A DNA stretch of 64,000 bases, taken from contig OZ242220.1 of the NCBI GenBank assembly GCA_965206745.1, forward strand, positions 1,184,001 through 1,248,000, read 5' to 3'. This document shows, piece by piece, positions 59,631-64,000 of the stretch; positions within the stretch are counted from its first letter, which is position 1; every line of letters begins with the position of its first letter. Below the pieces are notes generated by a model that searched no databases, was not told where the DNA came from, and saw nothing but the letters and a program-made list of their open reading frames with translations. This DNA comes from Nitrosopumilus sp. Lineage in GTDB: Archaea > Thermoproteota > Nitrososphaeria > Nitrososphaerales > Nitrosopumilaceae. Position numbers and translations under genes: made by a program.

Positions 59631-60905
59631 ATGAGTTTGGACGAATCAAAAGTGGATCAGAGTAATGATCAGAGTAATGATCAGAGTAATGATCAGAGTA
59701 ATGATCAGAGTAATGATCAGAGTAATGATCAGAGTAATGATCAGAGTAATGATCAGAGTAATGATCAGAGTAATGATCAGAGTAATGATCAGAGTAATGA
59801 TCAGAGTAATGATCAGAGTAATGATCAGAGTAATGATCAGAGTAATGATCAGAGTAATGATCAGAGTAATGATCAGAGTAATGATCAGAGTAATGATCAG
59901 AGTAATGATCAGAGTAATGATCAGAGTAATGATCAGAGTAATGATCAGAGTAATGATCAGAGTAATGATCAGAGTAATGATCAGAGTAATGATCAGAGTA
60001 ATGATCAGAGTAATGATCAGAGTAATGATCAGAGTAATGATCAGAGTAATGATCAGAGTAATGATCAGAGTAATGATCAGAGTAATGATCAGAGTAATGA
60101 TCAGAGTAGTTATGAAAATAATGATCAGGATAATAAGAGAGATGTTTCTACAAAGAAACCGACATTTAATGGGATGATAATCGGAGTAATCATACTAGTT
60201 GGAATTGCATCATTTTTTGCCGGATCATATGTAACAAATTTGAATTCAGATCAAATTTCAGCAAGTGATCTTGATGAAGCAATGGCAAAACTGGAACTCA
60301 AGATAATACAAAATCAACTGCCTACAACACAACCAAATAAACCGGTGCAAATTTCAGCAGATAATGATCCGATAATAGGAAATCCAGATGCACCAATTAC
60401 CATAGTGGAATTTTCAGATTTTCAGTGTCCGTTTTGTGCAAGATTCCACATTCAAACATTGCCATTAATTATGGAAGAATATATCGAACAAGGCAAAGTG
60501 AAATTAGTCTTTAGAGACTTTCCAATTCAAAGCATACATCCAAATGCAGTACCAGCATCATTTGCAGCTGAATGTGCAAATGATCAAGGCAAATTCAAAG
60601 AAATGCACGATGTGTTATTTGAAAAACAAAATGAATGGAGTAATCTAAGACCTGTTGAACTAATATCCAGATTCAATCAATATGCATTAGAAATGCAATT
60701 GGATCAAGAATTATTTGATTCGTGCATTACTAGTGAAAAACACCTTGAAGAAATTGGAAATGATCTAGAAGATGGGAGAGATTACGGCGTTTCAGGCACT
60801 CCAGGATTCTTTGTAGGAAATGATCAAATAGGATATGTCGAATTGAAAGGAGCCCAGCCATTTGAGAGTTTCAAAAAAATTATTGATGCTCAATTAAAGG
60901 CATAA
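59631..60905 (+). CDS. Membrane-anchored DsbA/thioredoxin-like oxidoreductase with expanded N-terminal repeat
   Basis: GNPDAPITIVEFSDFQCPFC, FRDFP, GVSGTPGF, GAQP; TM helix after the (DQSN)n tract. Confidence 0.93.
   Translation: MSLDESKVDQSNDQSNDQSNDQSNDQSNDQSNDQSNDQSNDQSNDQSNDQSNDQSNDQSNDQSNDQSNDQSNDQSNDQSNDQSNDQSNDQSNDQSNDQSNDQSNDQSNDQSNDQSNDQSNDQSNDQSNDQSNDQSNDQSNDQSNDQSNDQSNDQSNDQSSYENNDQDNKRDVSTKKPTFNGMIIGVIILVGIASFFAGSYVTNLNSDQISASDLDEAMAKLELKIIQNQLPTTQPNKPVQISADNDPIIGNPDAPITIVEFSDFQCPFCARFHIQTLPLIMEEYIEQGKVKLVFRDFPIQSIHPNAVPASFAAECANDQGKFKEMHDVLFEKQNEWSNLRPVELISRFNQYALEMQLDQELFDSCITSEKHLEEIGNDLEDGRDYGVSGTPGFFVGNDQIGYVELKGAQPFESFKKIIDAQLKA
59655..60110 (+). repeat. Tandem repeat gatcagagtaat: 37 identical units plus one variant (456 nt), in frame
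   Basis: Read directly; last unit gatcagagtagt, followed by degenerate tatgaaaataat gatcaggataat. Confidence 0.97.
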
Positions 60906-61214
60906 AAGACAACATGTTCCCCAATAGATCCAAACGTATGAAGAATCAAGAGATTGCAGTGTTGTCAAACAGGCGATATGCTATTAGTATTCCACATGTT
61001 AACGCTGTGGCTCCCCATATACCTTTGAATTTATTTTTTATCATCCCATATTTTTATTATAATTTTGGCAACATCCCTATTGAATTCTACTCAGCAGACA
61101 GATATGAAACGTTGACAAGATGAATCTATAGGTGGATCTTTAATCTTGTCTAGTTTGTCATTCAAGGACAATCCACACGACATCCTGTTTTCCCAGAATT
61201 TGAGGCAAAACAAA

Positions 61215-61487
61215 TCATTTGCTAGAAAACAGTGCCCCGTATGGCTCTAATACCCTTTGGTAGAATTCTCGCCCCTTCTGTGTGACGGCATATTTAGTGA
61301 TTGATTTTTTGCCATTAGAGTACATGTCCTTTTTGATGAGATCTTTTTCTTCTAGTTCATCTAGTATTGACTGGTCCCTTGTCGCATTAAGATTGCATAA
61401 TGAGAGGAGGTTTGTCCTTACTATTGATTCGGATTCTGTAAGCTTTGCAATGATGGCTGTAATGACCTGAACCTTGTCCCTATACAT
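61215..61487 (-). CDS. Winged-helix transcriptional regulator (HTH_45-like)
   Basis: YRDKVQVITAII...RTNLLSLCNLN...LDELEEKDLI...YAVTQKGREF. Confidence 0.85.
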   Translation of the reverse strand: MYRDKVQVITAIIAKLTESESIVRTNLLSLCNLNATRDQSILDELEEKDLIKKDMYSNGKKSITKYAVTQKGREFYQRVLEPYGALFSSK

Positions 61488-61966
61488 TATAAAATATCAT
61501 CCAGTTCAGCCTCTAAAGATTTTGTCTTTTGAAGGTATATTTGGTATTTTTCATCCCATCGCCTGTAAAACAATACCCCAGATATGCCCAGATACAGCAG
61601 ATATGCTGCAACCATAAAGGGTACCAAGACAAGCAACTCCACATAAACTGTCACATCGTACTGAATCATTTCATCCAGGATATAGTCACCTTCCACGTGC
61701 TGTGCAGAACCAGTTGCCATGGTAGAATTTGCCGTGATGCGATCCGACAATATCTCTGTCCTTTCAGACCGGTTCCAATCCTGCCAGACTTCCAAATCAA
61801 ATAACGGATCCCATCCTACAGGTATCGGCGTGAGCAGAAACATTACAAATGTGACATCCAGTGCAAACAAGATTAGTGCGGATCCCATCTGGATATAGTG
61901 ATGTTTTTTACGGGACAACATGTGATCGATTAACATGTCCGCAAATGTTCTAGAATCTTCAGTCAA
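61487..61966 (-). CDS. Two-TM membrane protein, translationally coupled to the wHTH gene
   Basis: Two hydrophobic helices around a ~60-aa loop; stop/start overlap (TAATG). Confidence 0.75.
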   Translation of the reverse strand: MTEDSRTFADMLIDHMLSRKKHHYIQMGSALILFALDVTFVMFLLTPIPVGWDPLFDLEVWQDWNRSERTEILSDRITANSTMATGSAQHVEGDYILDEMIQYDVTVYVELLVLVPFMVAAYLLYLGISGVLFYRRWDEKYQIYLQKTKSLEAELDDIL

Positions 61967-62011
61967 TGTAGCTTAACATTATAACGCTTGAGCGCTTGCT
62001 TAAATCTATTG

Positions 62012-62039
62012 TGTACAAATTACAACTGTAAATTGTACA
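62012..62039. promoter_or_regulatory. 28-bp near-perfect palindrome between divergent genes
   Basis: TGTACAAATTACA-AC-TGTAAATTGTACA; 12 of 13 arm positions pair. Confidence 0.6.
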
Positions 62040-62123
62040 TAACGCCTTTTAATCACGACTATATAGGATTACCAACAATGAAAAACACCCCAAAAATGAT
62101 ACTTCGTTCAGGTATCATATATC

Positions 62124-62378
62124 GTGCATGATAAACTCATGCCCTCTTTTTTTTATTTTAGATTAATACTTGGGTTTATCGGTTTAATCATAATTATTTA
62201 TTCCATCATGGTTTTTGGTGGGTTGGTCATTGATATGTATTCTGACGGATCAGGCCCATTTACTAATGATCCTTCCATGGTAATTCCTCTGGCACTTCTT
62301 ATTTTTGGAATTTCTTTCATATCCATAATTTCATTTAAGATGTATTCTAAACTCAAGAGAACCAAGTTTTCCAAATGA
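62124..62378 (+). CDS. Small two-TM membrane protein
   Basis: Two hydrophobic helices and a basic C-terminus; AT-rich. Confidence 0.6.
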   Translation: MHDKLMPSFFYFRLILGFIGLIIIIYSIMVFGGLVIDMYSDGSGPFTNDPSMVIPLALLIFGISFISIISFKMYSKLKRTKFSK

Positions 62379-62621
62379 AAAATATGGACACTGTTCAATC
62401 TACGGGATCTGCCCAAATTGCTGTAAAGGCGGGACTCGGCAAATTTTAACTAAATTCTGCAAGTCACGCTAGCAAAGGCCCAACACAAGAAGCATAATAA
62501 TTTCACATGAGAGAGCACAGAAAATAACAAGCGTTTATTAGGCCACAATCAGAGGTGAAGAACATAATAATGACGAGTAGGCAATGAGCTTTTTCGTCAT
62601 TGCCAAAGAGTAAAAAATAAC

Positions 62622-63959
62622 ATGACAAAATTTCAAGATTTAGGATTAAGCGACAACATACTGCAAGGAATAAAAGATCAGGGCTTTGAGGAGGCATTTC
62701 CAATTCAAGAAGCAGTAATTCCAGTATTACTTTCAGGAAGGGACGTCGTAGGGCAGGCCCACACAGGTTCTGGAAAAACAGCGGCATTTGCATTATCAAT
62801 GTTGCATGAGATTAAGCCAAAACAAGGAATTCAGGGATTAATCATGGCACCAACAAGAGAGCTTGCCATGCAAATCAGTGAAGAAATCAAAAAATTTGGA
62901 AAACACACCGGGATTAGAACTGCCACAGTTTACGGGGGCCAAGGAATGGGAATTCAACTAGATGCCCTGCACCGAGGAGTTGAGATTATTGTGGCCACAC
63001 CAGGCAGACTCATCGATCATCTCAAAAGGGGTTCAATTGAGCTTAAAGACATCTCCCACATTGTCCTTGATGAAGCAGACACAATGTTAGACATGGGATT
63101 TGTAGATGACATTCAATTTATTTTAGATTTAGCCCCAGAAGACAGGGTGATGTCACTGTTCTCAGCAACGATGCCGACTGAAATTTTAAGGCTGTCTGAA
63201 GACTATCTGAATAATCCAAAACAATTCTTGCTAGATGCAGATGATCTCAGCGGAGAAGGGATAGACCAATCATATTTGGTGATCAAAGACAGAGACAAAT
63301 TCAAGTATCTGATTGATTTCGTAAAGCCAGTCAGGGGGCAGATCATTGTATTTTGTTCAACAAAATACAGAACCAGAGATGTGGCAAAATTCCTCCATCA
63401 GGAAAAATACAATGCGGTATCTATCGAAGGAGACATGTCACAGCATAGAAGAGAGCAGTCAATGGGCAAGTTTAGAAGTGGCAAAGCAGACATTCTCGTC
63501 GCAACAGACGTAGCCTCAAGGGGCATTGATGTTCCCAGAGTGGAGCTAGTAGTAAACTATGACGTGCCAAATCAAGAGCTGGCATACTTTCACAGGATTG
63601 GAAGAACTGCACGAGCAGGTGCAAAGGGAAGAGCAATAACATTTGTCTCATATTCTTCAGTAGGAGATTGGAATTTAATCAAGCGTCAGATCAAAGTTCC
63701 AATTACAGATTTAAATCAGGAGATGGGAATTCAAATATCCATACCAGATCCGCTAAAAAGACAAACGCCATCAAGAAGGTACGGAGGTCAGTCAAGATCT
63801 AATTATTCTAGAGGAGGGCGTTCTGGAGGATACAGGGGATCAAATAGAGGCGGAAACTCCAGAGATGACAGAGGCGGAAGAAAAAGATACGGTAGCAGAG
63901 ATGGCAAAAGCAGCGGTAGCAGCAGTGGTAACAGCTACGGCGGACGCAGTAGATGGTAA
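62622..63959 (+). CDS. DEAD-box RNA helicase with RGG-rich tail
   Basis: Q motif, AHTGSGKT, PTRELA, TPGR, DEAD, SAT, HRIGRTARAG; G/R/S-rich C-terminus. Confidence 0.97.
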   Translation: MTKFQDLGLSDNILQGIKDQGFEEAFPIQEAVIPVLLSGRDVVGQAHTGSGKTAAFALSMLHEIKPKQGIQGLIMAPTRELAMQISEEIKKFGKHTGIRTATVYGGQGMGIQLDALHRGVEIIVATPGRLIDHLKRGSIELKDISHIVLDEADTMLDMGFVDDIQFILDLAPEDRVMSLFSATMPTEILRLSEDYLNNPKQFLLDADDLSGEGIDQSYLVIKDRDKFKYLIDFVKPVRGQIIVFCSTKYRTRDVAKFLHQEKYNAVSIEGDMSQHRREQSMGKFRSGKADILVATDVASRGIDVPRVELVVNYDVPNQELAYFHRIGRTARAGAKGRAITFVSYSSVGDWNLIKRQIKVPITDLNQEMGIQISIPDPLKRQTPSRRYGGQSRSNYSRGGRSGGYRGSNRGGNSRDDRGGRKRYGSRDGKSSGSSSGNSYGGRSRW

Positions 63960-64000
63960 TGTAAAACTTAAAGACAAGAACTGTGTAATCATATCAAGAT

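Noticed and set aside
59655-60110. CRISPR array interpretation of the 12-nt repeat (also the 26, 39 and 66-nt arrays)
   Set aside because: Units are head-to-tail with no unique spacers, and no cas genes are in the window.
59665-60177. (IRVM)n ORF
   Set aside because: Alternative-frame shadow of the DQSN repeat; only the DQSN frame connects to the DsbA domain.
59555-62400. Integrated element at tRNA-Thr
   Set aside because: No integrase and no duplicated tRNA 3' end; the downstream genes look like ordinary chromosomal families.

Overview
64 kb of chromosome from an ammonia-oxidising archaeon (Nitrososphaerota/Thaumarchaeota, Nitrosopumilaceae-like). Evidence for this: Cdv/Vps4 cell division genes, adjacent TFB and TBP, L40e, F420-dependent enzymes, bacterial-type UvrABC, a blue copper protein and an Fe-ADH of the 3HP/4HB semialdehyde-reductase type. 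Most of the window is housekeeping (carAB, citrate synthase, purN/purD/folD, ileS, sucCD, ppa, pepF, pdaD, DEAD-box helicase). Two tRNA genes are present: Thr-TGT, and Val-CAC with a BHB intron in the variable loop. A small AT-rich accessory islet follows tRNA-Val (deacetylase, methyltransferase, wHTH plus nucleotidyltransferase toxin-antitoxin-like pair). No CRISPR array, intact integrase or transposase was seen. Main unexplained signals: (1) near-perfect in-frame tandem-repeat expansions in three membrane-anchored proteins, including 38 x 12 nt (DQSN) in a DsbA; (2) a candidate self-promoted structured small RNA near 56.55 kb; (3) carA with no ATG/GTG/TTG ahead of its conserved N-terminus; (4) a switch-like leader with a micro-uORF before the DEAD-box helicase; (5) a helically phased 4 x 11 nt array before two Cys-rich microproteins; (6) two apparently paralogous small proteins flanking citrate synthase. 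All calls were made by eye from the sequence and ORF track; no database searches were run.
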